64,000 bases of DNA from a virus. Taxonomy: Duplodnaviria; Caudoviricetes. The notes under the pieces were generated by a model, which saw only the letters and a list, made by a program, of their open reading frames with translations, was not told the DNA's origin and did not search any database. Both the position numbers and the translations under genes were made by a program. Positions 19,208-30,400 of this stretch are shown in pieces. The stretch spans positions 192,001-256,000 of the IMG/VR virus record IMGVR_UViG_3300028048_000001, one strand, 5' to 3'. Position 1 is the stretch's first letter. Every line of letters begins with the position of its first letter.

Positions 19208-21319
19208 TTAATTATCACAATCATTAGGTTCTTCATTATCTATAAAATATATAGCATCTCTCATTTTATTAACTTCATTATCTTCAATCATATTATATTT
19301 ATCTGAAATCATATCATTATTTTCTAAATAATTTTGAGGTTTTTCCATAAAATATAAATCAAATACTGACGGTTTTCTTTTTCTTGTAGATAATGGACTA
19401 ATAAGAGTTTTACCTATTCTCTGATATTCAAGATTTACAGTAATAGAAGGACTATTATTTAATGCTGAACCTAATGTAAGAATTTTATATGGAGCATTTT
19501 TAATTGACCAATTTGGCATAGATAATATATCTTCTGGATCTCTCATTTGATTAGATACAATAGTTTCAAGATGAATAGCAGAAATATCAATACCACCATC
19601 CATATTAGCAGTAATAAATTCTTTAACTATTTCATCTTTTGTATAACTACTAGTATCTTTTTCTCTATTAATAATATTTTTTGATCTTTCTAGAGTTCTT
19701 TGTAATTCTTTATTTTGAATTTTTACAGTAAATACAACAGGAATATTTTTTAATTGGTCTAATGGTATAATATAAATACCATCATCATTTTCTTTTGTTT
19801 TCTTTGATCTTAATAATTTATTTAAATCTTCTGTAAGATAAATATTGTCTTCTTCAGATGTATGGAAAGTAATAATATTTCCATTTGGATATCTAATATC
19901 AAACGATGGAGTATATTCTTCATACTGAATAGTAGAGTCTTCTGAATCATCTTCATCATCTGACGTAAATTTATTTGAATCTAATATCATATAATATCCA
20001 TCTAATTCTACATCTTCTTGTATAGATATCATATTAAGATTTAATTCAAAAATATCAAAAAATTCAGAATTCCATTTCATTTCAATTACAGAAGATTCTA
20101 GTAAATGCTTTGCTGATAAAAGCATCTGTGTATATTTTGAAGATAATAATTCTGCTGCTATTTTACCAGGGTTAATATCTCTATTTACATAATAAAGATC
20201 GCCATAGCATTTCTTGCAAATTCCATTTCCATGAGCATAAGATGCACATGTAATTGGAGATCTAAAATATAATGTCTGACCAATTAAATGATAATCTCTG
20301 TCTTTATCTAATAAATAATCAATACCTTCTGGATTAAATTTATAATATCTTTTATCATATTTAGATAACCAATTAGAATCTTTAATAAATACTTTAATAA
20401 AATTTTTTGTATCACAAGAATATTCTGAATCTGGATTAAAGAATGTATCAAGATTATTAGTTTCAAGTAATCTTGCAAAAGCTCCAGATGTACCAACATT
20501 CATTTTTTGTAATATCTGTGCTGTTCTTCCAACAGATGAATCTATAACATAAGATTCTGGATTAGATACACCACCATTCATAAATGAATTATTAATAATA
20601 TATGGAAATATACCACCATGCCCATCTGGTTTAGTACCAATATTTACAGATACTTCTTTAAACTGCTTTGGAGATATTGCTTCTTGTGATATAAATGAAT
20701 CTCTTAAACAATGATCATTATTTTTAATATAATTAATTTGAGTTTGAGTATATTTCATTCCAATATCTTTTACATCTTCAATCGGAACGTTAGATAAATC
20801 TGCATGTATAGATTGATTAAATTCTGGATATTTTTCCATTAAATCTAATGTATCTTTAAAATTTACTGTATTTGATAAATACATAGCAAATTCATCTATA
20901 TATTTAAATTTATAAATAGTTTCATCAATAAGATTGTTTAATGTAATAAAATCTACATCTTTTGAATGTAATTTTATTAACATATTAAAATATTCTTTTA
21001 TAGTACGTTTAGTTATTTGTCTTGTATCTATTAAATGAATTACTGTAATAGGATCTTTTATATAAATAGGAAAAGTCCAAAAGATTAATTGAAAATAAAA
21101 TTCTGGAATTGTTAATCTCAAATAATTTCCATCATCTAAATGAATTCCTATTTTAAGAGATTGTACTTCTGGATCTTCTATACCATCTCTCATAATATTA
21201 AGTAATCCATTAAAATAATCAACATAATTTTTAGGAGTTATATCTTTTGTATATAAATCCATATATTTGTTTTGAATAAGTGTAACAAATGGTCCATAAT
21301 TTTCAAAGTATTCTACCAT
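19208..21319 (-). CDS. Phage multisubunit RNA polymerase beta' C-terminal subunit (non-virion RNAP type)
   Basis: Bridge helix GRTAQILQKMNVGTSGAFARLL, RSPITC...GICKKCYG zinc site, trigger loop GKIAAELLSSKYTQMLLSAKH, HLETIVSNQMR; no DFDGD (on a separate subunit). Confidence 0.9.
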   Translation of the reverse strand: MVEYFENYGPFVTLIQNKYMDLYTKDITPKNYVDYFNGLLNIMRDGIEDPEVQSLKIGIHLDDGNYLRLTIPEFYFQLIFWTFPIYIKDPITVIHLIDTRQITKRTIKEYFNMLIKLHSKDVDFITLNNLIDETIYKFKYIDEFAMYLSNTVNFKDTLDLMEKYPEFNQSIHADLSNVPIEDVKDIGMKYTQTQINYIKNNDHCLRDSFISQEAISPKQFKEVSVNIGTKPDGHGGIFPYIINNSFMNGGVSNPESYVIDSSVGRTAQILQKMNVGTSGAFARLLETNNLDTFFNPDSEYSCDTKNFIKVFIKDSNWLSKYDKRYYKFNPEGIDYLLDKDRDYHLIGQTLYFRSPITCASYAHGNGICKKCYGDLYYVNRDINPGKIAAELLSSKYTQMLLSAKHLLESSVIEMKWNSEFFDIFELNLNMISIQEDVELDGYYMILDSNKFTSDDEDDSEDSTIQYEEYTPSFDIRYPNGNIITFHTSEEDNIYLTEDLNKLLRSKKTKENDDGIYIIPLDQLKNIPVVFTVKIQNKELQRTLERSKNIINREKDTSSYTKDEIVKEFITANMDGGIDISAIHLETIVSNQMRDPEDILSMPNWSIKNAPYKILTLGSALNNSPSITVNLEYQRIGKTLISPLSTRKRKPSVFDLYFMEKPQNYLENNDMISDKYNMIEDNEVNKMRDAIYFIDNEEPNDCDN

Positions 21320-21492
21320 TTTATTTCTCCTTTTCTGTATAAGGTGCCAATACCTTATATATTTAAGTTTTTCAATTTATAAATTTCAAATTTAAATATT
21401 TACTACATATCAAAATTATAATATATTTATAAAAAATAATTTATAAATATAGAAGAAGGAGATTTTTCTCCTTCTTCTATTATAAGTATTAA

Positions 21493-21720
21493 TCAAAACC
21501 ATTCTACTTTGTCTGGTTGTTGTTCATGAATAAATCCGCAATCTTTTCCTGTATCAATATCAACAATTCTAATTCCTGTTGTTGGTAATCCTAATCTTTT
21601 AGCATTAAAATATTCTTGAGATTTATATATTATATCTCCTCCAATTGGATAATAATCTGCGTTTTCATGACAAAGTTCTCTTAATTTTTCAATCAGATTC
21701 TGTTTAGTTTCTAAAAACAT
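21493..21720 (-). CDS. Small hypothetical protein
   Basis: GGAGAAAATAAAAATG start; terminator 21449-21480. Confidence 0.65.
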   Translation of the reverse strand: MFLETKQNLIEKLRELCHENADYYPIGGDIIYKSQEYFNAKRLGLPTTGIRIVDIDTGKDCGFIHEQQPDKVEWF

Positions 21721-21741
21721 TTTTATTTTCTCCTTTTAATA

Positions 21742-22572
21742 TTATTTATCAATATATATTCCTGATAAAGAATCTTTTAATACTTTAACAAATGCTTTAT
21801 AATTTTTACTATTGCTATCTGGAATAGCAAATATAATATTTGTAAAATTATATTTTTCTGATAATAAATATTCTTTAAATAAATGTGCTACTTCTTCAGG
21901 ATTTTGTCTAAATACTCCACATCCAAAAGCTCCTAAAATAAGAGTTTTTAAATTTTCTGTTTCTGCAATATCTAGTACAAATTTAATTCTGTTAGATAAT
22001 GCAACAGTATTAAATTTTTCTAATATAATTGCATCAGCATTTCTAATATTAGGTGCAGCTACAGTAATAACTGCTACATTTATAATATTTTTATTTTCTC
22101 TTAGAAACATTATATTTGGACTATAAATTCCTCTATCTAAATAGATAAAATTTATAGTTGGATTCATTTTACATTCATATCTATTTGCTAAATAATAAGT
22201 ATTACTAAAGGATTTTAAAGTTTCATATAAATTGCTTTCATGACATAATGCTTCTTCTTGTGCAGAAGAACCTTTTAAAAACATTCCACCTGGATATTTA
22301 AAAGAAGCAAAATTTAATATTCCAATGTTACTGTAAAAATTGTTAATCATATATAATGCAGATACTGTATCTGTATCTAAAATCTGAATAATAGGTTTGA
22401 TTCCTGTTTCAGATCTTTTACACATTTCTGGTGTATATATTTTAGAATTAGCAATAGATATATTTGTTATATCTTGATAATTTTCTTTTATCATTTTATG
22501 ATGATTTTTAGCTTTTTCTGCTAATTCTAATTTGTATAGATCACTATTTTTTGTTCTAAAAACAAAATTCAT
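21742..22572 (-). CDS. TIGR02452/DUF2263 macrodomain protein (bacterial PARG-like ADP-ribose glycohydrolase)
   Basis: LNFAS.KYPGGMFL.GSSAQEEALC, IYSPNI, ITVAAPN, LILGAFGCGVF.QNP. Confidence 0.9.
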   Translation of the reverse strand: MNFVFRTKNSDLYKLELAEKAKNHHKMIKENYQDITNISIANSKIYTPEMCKRSETGIKPIIQILDTDTVSALYMINNFYSNIGILNFASFKYPGGMFLKGSSAQEEALCHESNLYETLKSFSNTYYLANRYECKMNPTINFIYLDRGIYSPNIMFLRENKNIINVAVITVAAPNIRNADAIILEKFNTVALSNRIKFVLDIAETENLKTLILGAFGCGVFRQNPEEVAHLFKEYLLSEKYNFTNIIFAIPDSNSKNYKAFVKVLKDSLSGIYIDK

Positions 22573-22834
22573 ATTATTTCTCCTTTTTTTGATAATAAAA
22601 ATAATTTTATTTAGAAAATAGTATATAATGAATATATTATTTTGAATTTTTACAATATTCTCCTTTCTTATATTATATAATATTGAATCAGTATTATAAT
22701 ATCTTTTTAAAAATAAAAATAGTTATATGGTTTTTAAAAATATTTTTTATTTTTTCTTCAGAAAAAATGAAAATACCCCATTGGGTTATTATTCCATATG
22801 ACGTTTATTAACTATTCATTATTAATATACATCA

Positions 22835-23074
22835 TACTATTATTATTAATATTATTTTTATTATTACATTTAGACTAACAAATACTATTATTATTAATAT
22901 TATTTTTATTATTACATTTAGACTAACAAATACTATTATTATTAATATTATTTTTATTATTACATTTAGACTAACAAATACTATTATTATTAATATTATT
23001 TTTATTATTACATTTAGACTAACTAATACTATTATTATTAATATTATTTTTATTATTATATTTAGACTAATAAT
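22835..23074. repeat. Tandem array of 5 x 48 bp (tactattattattaatattatttttattattacatttagactaacaaa)
   Basis: Units start at 22835, 22883, 22931, 22979, 23027; the last two slightly degenerate; no spacers. Confidence 0.95.
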
Positions 23075-23210
23075 AATATTAAATTTAATATTATTATTAT
23101 ATTATATCATGGATATAATAACTAATTGAAAAATTTTTTACTACCCCTATTTTTAGGATTTTATATAAAATAGGAGAGGACAAATAAGTCCTCTCCTATT
23201 GAATATTATA

Positions 23211-25751
23211 TCAATTACCATCATCAGCATGATAGAAAAGTTCACCATCAAGTACATTTTCTGGTCTTGCAATATTTTCAGTAGTAGGAATATAGTCCAA
23301 TAATTTATCATGATCCGGAAAGATTGTAATAAGCTTGATAATATCTTCATTATCAAGATCTTCATTACCACTATATCTACTATAAGGATCCCATTCTGCT
23401 CTTTCAAAGTCATAAACAAATGCTTCTCCAGTAGCTGCTTCATTTCTTACAAGATAATAATCTATAACAATATCATAGAGAATACTTCTAAGTCCACCAA
23501 AATATGTTTTATAATTGATTTCAATATCTTGATCTTCTATAGCAAAATATCTACCATAAATACATGATAATCCATCTTCTATATTAGTTCTTTGAAGATT
23601 CTCTATATAAGTTCTCCAAGAATCATAATTACCATCTTCTAAATAAGTTGGTAATTCTTCATCTCCTTCTATATATTCCATAACAGTTATATTGTTGATA
23701 GATGGAATATTATATTTAACAGTTTCCCAATATCCATAATTATTGATTTTATTACCATATTCATCTCTTACATATTTATCTACAAAGATGAGCATTTGAT
23801 TCATATCAATATCTTTAATTTCTAATGGATTTACTTTATACCCGTTTATAAATATCATTGTTGTATATTTAGAAAATGGATATTTTGTTGGATATTCTTC
23901 TGTTAATTGTAATAATCCATCTTTTTCGATAGTGTCTAATCTATAACTCTCTTTAAGAATCATAGGGATATAAAATATATCTACATAATCTCCTTCATCT
24001 AATATTGTAGAGAGATATAAAATTAATTTATCGAAAGGTCTATGTTTATTCATAATAGTAACAGTATATTCTGTTCTATCTATTTTTTTACCATTAATAA
24101 ATATTAGATATCTATTTGGATCATGGCAGTAATTAAATTGTGTAGGAAGTATAATCTTAAATTGTCCATCTTTTTGTTTAAATCTATAATGTTTAAATTG
24201 TCTCTTTGGAACTATTTTAAGATTTTTTCCATAATAATATTCATTATCAAAAAATATTTTATAATATCCTTCTTTATTTTCTATTTTCTCAAAAGTATAA
24301 TCTGGAATATATTGTTTTCTATGTTCTATACTATCTGGAACACTATAATCAGGATCAGCACAAGTTTCTGACATAATATACGCATCATCTAAATTATATT
24401 CTGGATGAATATATATTTCTTCATCAGATGAATTTACTTTAAGATCTAATACAAGATTATTACATTTTGTAAATAATATAAGCTCTACATGATCATCATC
24501 CATTATTCCAAATATTGGAATATTAATAATATTATTTGTATAACTTATATCAATAGAATATTCATATAATTTACTATTCACAAAAACCATTGCTACATCT
24601 TGTATTGGATAATCATGTCTTCTTGATAAATGAATATATCCTTTATCATCAGACATATTTTTGTATTCTGATCCTTTATAAGTATATATTTTTATTGGCT
24701 CATCATTAAAAAACGATGTTCTCCAAAGTCTATAATCATATTTACTTATATAATTAGCAGCATTAAATATATTTATATCATAATTGATTCCAAATTCATG
24801 ATCAAAATCAAATTTTTCTATTAATCTTGCTACTTTGTTATTCCAATCTTCAGAACCATATTCTACTGAATCTAATAATTCATGTATTTTATTTTCATCT
24901 AAATCTTCCATCCTATCATATAACGATGCTAATGATTTAGTATGTGAAGTATTATATAATAAAATACATACACCTACTGAATCATTATTAATAACTTTAA
25001 ATTTACCAAAATTACCATTGTATATATCACTAAAATATTCTGATGCATCATTATGTATAAATTTTCCATCTATATCAAATAATAAAATATTATCTAAAGA
25101 TGGAATAAATCCTTTTGGAAGATCTGTAAATTCTATATTACTAGAAAGATAATTTGATAAATCTATTTCTTTATAATATATATCATCATCAAGAATTTCT
25201 AATCTTACAATTATTTCTGCAAAATCAGCATCTACAAGTCTAGTTCTATCTTTTCCAAAATAAAAACCTTTTCTATCAGATACTCCAGCTAATATATCAT
25301 CATCTTCGCCATATCTAATATGTTTAGATCCTATAGGAAATACTATCATATCTGTATAAAAAGAATAATCTGGACCATAATTATCTATTCTCATATAAGA
25401 ATAATCATAATCATGAATAATAGTAATATCTGACCAAGGTATTACTTCTCCATTAATAAATAATAAAAATGGCCATACTTTATCTTCATCAACAAGATCT
25501 TTAAGATTTCCTTGAAATACTGTATTTTTTATATCATTATCATAACAGTATGGAATTTCTTTAACAGCATAGATATGTGTATTATCTTCCCAAAGATTAT
25601 ATTTATATCCATCATACCAATATTCAAATTGATAATTCATATAAATATTTTTATTAATCATTGGACATAAATTTTTTTGTAATGCTTGAATTCTAGAGTA
25701 AGTATGATGTCTTAAAGTTTCTATTCTGTCAATAAACTTTTGTTCCATCAT
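23211..25751 (-). CDS. Large virion structural (tail/baseplate-type) protein
   Basis: Repeated (L/M)xF(I/V)NGxx beta modules seen in jumbo-phage structural proteins; terminator 23169-23200. Confidence 0.55.
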   Translation of the reverse strand: MMEQKFIDRIETLRHHTYSRIQALQKNLCPMINKNIYMNYQFEYWYDGYKYNLWEDNTHIYAVKEIPYCYDNDIKNTVFQGNLKDLVDEDKVWPFLLFINGEVIPWSDITIIHDYDYSYMRIDNYGPDYSFYTDMIVFPIGSKHIRYGEDDDILAGVSDRKGFYFGKDRTRLVDADFAEIIVRLEILDDDIYYKEIDLSNYLSSNIEFTDLPKGFIPSLDNILLFDIDGKFIHNDASEYFSDIYNGNFGKFKVINNDSVGVCILLYNTSHTKSLASLYDRMEDLDENKIHELLDSVEYGSEDWNNKVARLIEKFDFDHEFGINYDINIFNAANYISKYDYRLWRTSFFNDEPIKIYTYKGSEYKNMSDDKGYIHLSRRHDYPIQDVAMVFVNSKLYEYSIDISYTNNIINIPIFGIMDDDHVELILFTKCNNLVLDLKVNSSDEEIYIHPEYNLDDAYIMSETCADPDYSVPDSIEHRKQYIPDYTFEKIENKEGYYKIFFDNEYYYGKNLKIVPKRQFKHYRFKQKDGQFKIILPTQFNYCHDPNRYLIFINGKKIDRTEYTVTIMNKHRPFDKLILYLSTILDEGDYVDIFYIPMILKESYRLDTIEKDGLLQLTEEYPTKYPFSKYTTMIFINGYKVNPLEIKDIDMNQMLIFVDKYVRDEYGNKINNYGYWETVKYNIPSINNITVMEYIEGDEELPTYLEDGNYDSWRTYIENLQRTNIEDGLSCIYGRYFAIEDQDIEINYKTYFGGLRSILYDIVIDYYLVRNEAATGEAFVYDFERAEWDPYSRYSGNEDLDNEDIIKLITIFPDHDKLLDYIPTTENIARPENVLDGELFYHADDGN

Positions 25752-26719
25752 GCATTTTCACTCCCTACTCTCAATAATTCATTAGTGAATATTGTAAAAT
25801 TCTTTCCTACAATTTTTTCAATAGTATTTTGTTGATTTAAATATGCACCAACATAAGTATCAGTAAGCATCTCAGCAAATGGAACAAAACAATCTAAAGC
25901 AAAGAAAGTATTTGGACCATAAGAATACATCCAGCGTTGAACAAATGATTCTGTAGTTAATTTTGCTCTATTTTTAGGACTTATTTGTGTATTGTCTTGA
26001 TCTAAAAATACTTCTGCAAATTTACTAAGAAATTTATCAAATGTAGTTTCTTTACTGATACAAGAATTAAAAAGAATATGAAGATGATCGCATATTCTTT
26101 TCTCTTTTATTCCAGATACATTTTTTGATAAATTGTATGTGGTTTCTCCATTATCTTTTCCTATTACACATATTTGATAATATTCAGCTAAAGCAAAACT
26201 CATCCTTTCTTTATTATCATTATATGTAACAGGTACTTTTAAATATCCTAATACATAAAGCATTAGGTCTACAAAAGCTTCAGTAGAGGATTTCATTAAA
26301 GTATTATTTGACATAATAACTTTTGGTATATTATAATATACAACATAAGTCATAGCTGTAATTAAATATGATATTAAGGTACCGATTTTTTTAATTTTAT
26401 ATTCATTATTTTCATATGTAATTACACCTGTACAATCAATAAATACTTTCTTTTTACTATTTTTTCCTTCTTTAGGATCTATAGAATAAATTACTTTAAA
26501 AGCTCTTGATACTCCTTTTTGATCAATCATTAATACTACTTTATTACTTAATAGAACTTTTACTAATATTGGAGAAACAGCTTGTCTTTTTACATCATAT
26601 ATAATATCTGTAAAAGTTTCATTTTCTTTATTTACTCTATGTGCACCAATTAGATAAGCTGTTAATGGCTTATCATAATCTATTTTATCATAAAAGCAGG
26701 AATCAGAAAGAACTTTCAT
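25748..26719 (-). CDS. Hypothetical jumbo-phage late protein
   Basis: GGAGG RBS; AACA-N6-TA at 26751-26762. Confidence 0.6.
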   Translation of the reverse strand: MKVLSDSCFYDKIDYDKPLTAYLIGAHRVNKENETFTDIIYDVKRQAVSPILVKVLLSNKVVLMIDQKGVSRAFKVIYSIDPKEGKNSKKKVFIDCTGVITYENNEYKIKKIGTLISYLITAMTYVVYYNIPKVIMSNNTLMKSSTEAFVDLMLYVLGYLKVPVTYNDNKERMSFALAEYYQICVIGKDNGETTYNLSKNVSGIKEKRICDHLHILFNSCISKETTFDKFLSKFAEVFLDQDNTQISPKNRAKLTTESFVQRWMYSYGPNTFFALDCFVPFAEMLTDTYVGAYLNQQNTIEKIVGKNFTIFTNELLRVGSENA

Positions 26720-26816
26720 TTTAATGAATCCTCCATCAAAATCAGAATATTATATTAATGTTTTTTATAACAACAAAAAGCCACTACTGATAATATCAGT
26801 AGTGGCTAATTTAAAA

Positions 26817-27407
26817 TTACATAGGTTGTATATCAGTAGAAGGAATACTTGGCATTGCTTTAGCAATTGCAACTTGATCAAAATAAAGTGTAGAATTATT
26901 ATTAGCAAGAGCTATAATTTTAATTTTAAAACAAGCAGAAGATTTATAAATACCATAAAAATCAGATATAAAAGAATATTCTACATATTTATTTATATCA
27001 CCAATATTTATTCCTGTAATTGTTTTTGTTTCAAGTAAATCTCCTTCTATTTCATCAAGTGAATCATAATAATAAATTTCTATTTTTGCAAGTTCAATAT
27101 TATCTATATTATTTGATTTCATCCTAATATTTACAGAAACATTTCCAAAAGGAATTCCAGCAACAGATGTCTGAAATAAAATCTTATTTGTAGAAGGAGA
27201 TGATATCATAATAGCAGAACCGTTATTTGCATATTCATCAATAGTTTTAGTACCTTCTGTAATAGTAACAGATCCGCTGGTAATATCAGTAGTAGCATCT
27301 TCTGCATCTATAATTCTACCAGCTAAAGAAGATCCAGACTGAGTTTCGGGATAATATATATTTCCTTCCCAATCTTCTATTCTAATATTTCTTCTTTCAA
27401 TAGCCAT
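26817..27407 (-). CDS. Tail-fibre-associated protein with beta-sandwich (carbohydrate-binding-like) domain
   Basis: N-terminal IYYPET motif; directly downstream of the long fibre gene; terminator 26779-26807. Confidence 0.45.
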   Translation of the reverse strand: MAIERRNIRIEDWEGNIYYPETQSGSSLAGRIIDAEDATTDITSGSVTITEGTKTIDEYANNGSAIMISSPSTNKILFQTSVAGIPFGNVSVNIRMKSNNIDNIELAKIEIYYYDSLDEIEGDLLETKTITGINIGDINKYVEYSFISDFYGIYKSSACFKIKIIALANNNSTLYFDQVAIAKAMPSIPSTDIQPM

Positions 27408-27439
27408 GTTTTATTTATCTCCATAATATATTTTATTAA

Positions 27440-30400
27440 TTAATAAGCAACTTCATTACCATCAATTATAACACCAGTAATTTTTTCTCCTTTGACCCAA
27501 GCAGTCTTATCAATAACAATATCACTAGGCACAGCAGTACTATCTGTCTGAGATTCAAGAGTAGCTGCTTTAATTACAAACCCATTTGGATAATATCCGG
27601 CTTGAACAGTAACACTATCTCCTGCATTAATTGTAACATTACTTCCAGTTCTTATAGGTATTGTACCAATTAATTTAACACCATTAGCCCAAGCTATTTT
27701 ATTTTCTAATATATCATTTACAGTAGCATCTCCAGGAGTTTGAGTATCCGTTCCAGCTGCTATAACCGTTCCAGTACCATCATGATATCCTTTTGGAATA
27801 ATATATGAATCTCCTCCATTAAGAGAAATATCAACAGTTCCAATATTAGGCATTGTACCAGTTATTTTAGTACCATTAACCCAAGCAGTTTTATTAATAA
27901 GAATATTATCAGATATAGCATCACCAGGAGTCTGAGATGCTAAAGTAGCAGCAATTATTTTACCAGTACCATCATGATATCCTTCTGATATAGTATGAAT
28001 AGAACCACAATTAATAGTATCATTTTCTGATCCTATATCTGGCATTGTACCAGTTATTTTAGTACCATTAACCCAGGCGGTTTTATTAATAAGAATATTA
28101 TTAATTACAGCATTGCCAGGAGTTTGAGATGCTAAAGTAGCAGTTGTTATAACTCCAGTACCATCATGATATCCTGCTGATATAGTATGAGTAGAGCCAG
28201 CAAGTAACTCTTCCGATTCAGAACCTATATTAGGTATAGTACCAGTTAATTTAATACCATTAGCCCAAGCAGTTTTATTTATTAAAATATCAGAACTTTC
28301 TGCAGTAGCTGATGTTTGAGATGCTAAAGTAGCAGCAATTATTTTACCAGTACCATCATGATATCCTTCTGATATAGTATGAATAGAACCACAATTAATA
28401 GTATCATTTTCTGATCCTATATTAGGTATAGTACCTGTAATTTTTTCACCATTAACCCAAGCGGTTTTATTTATTAAAATATCAGAACTTTCTGCAGTAG
28501 CTGATGTTTGATCTGATAAATTTGTAGCTACTATAACTCCATTACCATTATGATATCCTTCTGATATTGTAAAACTTTCTCCGGCGAGTAATTCTTCATA
28601 TATTGTATCTATAATTGGTATCGTACCAGTTAATTTAATACCATCAACCCAAGCAGTTTTATCTTTAATAATATCATCTGCTGTAGCAGTACCAGGAGTT
28701 TGAGTATCTGTTCCAGCCGCTATAACCGTTCCAGTACCATCATGATATCCTTTTGGAATAGTATATGAATCTCCTCCATTAAGAGAAATATCAACAGTTC
28801 CAATATTAGGCATTGTACCAATAAGTTCAATACCATTAACCCAAGCAGTAGATCCTTCTATTATATTATCTTCAGTAGCAGTACCAATGGTTTGTTCATT
28901 TAAAGATTCTGAAGTTATAACTTCAGAACCATCATGATATCCTACCGGAATAGTATATGACTCTCCTGCAGATATTGTTTGACTTTCTGGTTCTACTATT
29001 GGAATCGTACCTACAACTTTTTCACCATTAACCCAAGCAGTTGATCCTTCAAGCATATCTGTTGCTGTAGCTGTACCAGATGTTTGATCTGATAAATCTG
29101 CAGAAGATATTGTAACTTGAGTATCATGATATCCAGTACGAAGAATAAATGATTCATTAGCATACAATACAGTATCTGAATCTGTAATTGTAGGCATCGT
29201 ACCAGTCTGTTTACTTTTAGCATTTGTATTATAAAAAGTTTTTCCAGATACTACATGTTCTGGATATGCATTTCCTGTTAATTCTAATGTACCAGTAAGT
29301 TTTTGACCATCAACCCAAGCTGTTTTTGGAGATAATATATCTGAAACAGTAGCAGTACCTTCTGTTACAGATTCTATAGAAGGAGCTGTTATTTTACCAG
29401 AACCATTATGATATCCAGCTGGAATAGTATAAACTTCACCAGAGTCTAATCTCTTTGTAATTGCTCCTCTGTTTACCATTGTTCCAGTTTCTTTAAAATC
29501 TGGATAAGTTGTATAAAAAGTTTCCCCTTCTAATACATGTGCTGTTTTAGCATTACCAGTTAATTCTAATGTACCTTCTAATTTTGTAAAAGGATCATCA
29601 GAATAAAATTTATATCCTCTTAGCACTTTATCTGCAGTAGCATCTCCAGTAAGTTCAAGCTCACCAGTAATTTGTTGATGTACATTATTATTGTAAAAAG
29701 TTTTTCCTTTTAATACTTGTACAGAAATTGCAGTACCTGTTAATTCTATATTACCAGTTAATTTAACTCCATCAACCCAGGCAGTTTTATCTTTAATAAT
29801 ATCATCTGCTGTAGCAGTACCAGGAGTTTGAGCATCCGTTCCAGTTGCTGTAATTATTCCAGTACCATCATGATATCCTTTTGGAATAGTATATGACTCT
29901 CCTCCATCAAGAGAAATATCTTGATGATTTATAACAGGTATAGTACCTGCTATTTCTGTACCATTAACCCAGGCAGTTGATCCTTCAAGTAGATCATTTG
30001 CTGTAGCAGTACCAATAGTTTGTTCTTCTATAGATTTTGTCCAAATACGATCATTACCAGTATGATATCCACTTAAAACACTATAAGATTCTCCTGGCTG
30101 AAGTAATATTTCTACAGTTTGACGCAATGGCATTGTACCAGTTAATTTGACTCCATTAACCCAAGCAGTTTTTCCTTCAAAAATATCAATAGATTTTGCA
30201 TCAGCCACAGTTTGAGAAGCTAAATCTTTACCTTTAACAATACCATTTCCAGAATGATAACCTTCTGGAATATTATATATTTCATCACAAGCTACTATTT
30301 CATTTAAATTTTCAATTTTTGGCATAGTACCTGTAATTTTTTCGCCATTAACCCAAGCAGTTTTTCCTTCTATTAGATCGTTTGGTTCCATATTAGCAAT

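Noticed and set aside
19208-21319. Group I introns or inteins in RNAP, gyrase or helicase genes
   Set aside because: Reading frames are continuous, without homing-endonuclease or intein motifs.
22835-23074. CRISPR array
   Set aside because: Units abut with no unique spacers, and no cas genes are recognisable in the window.
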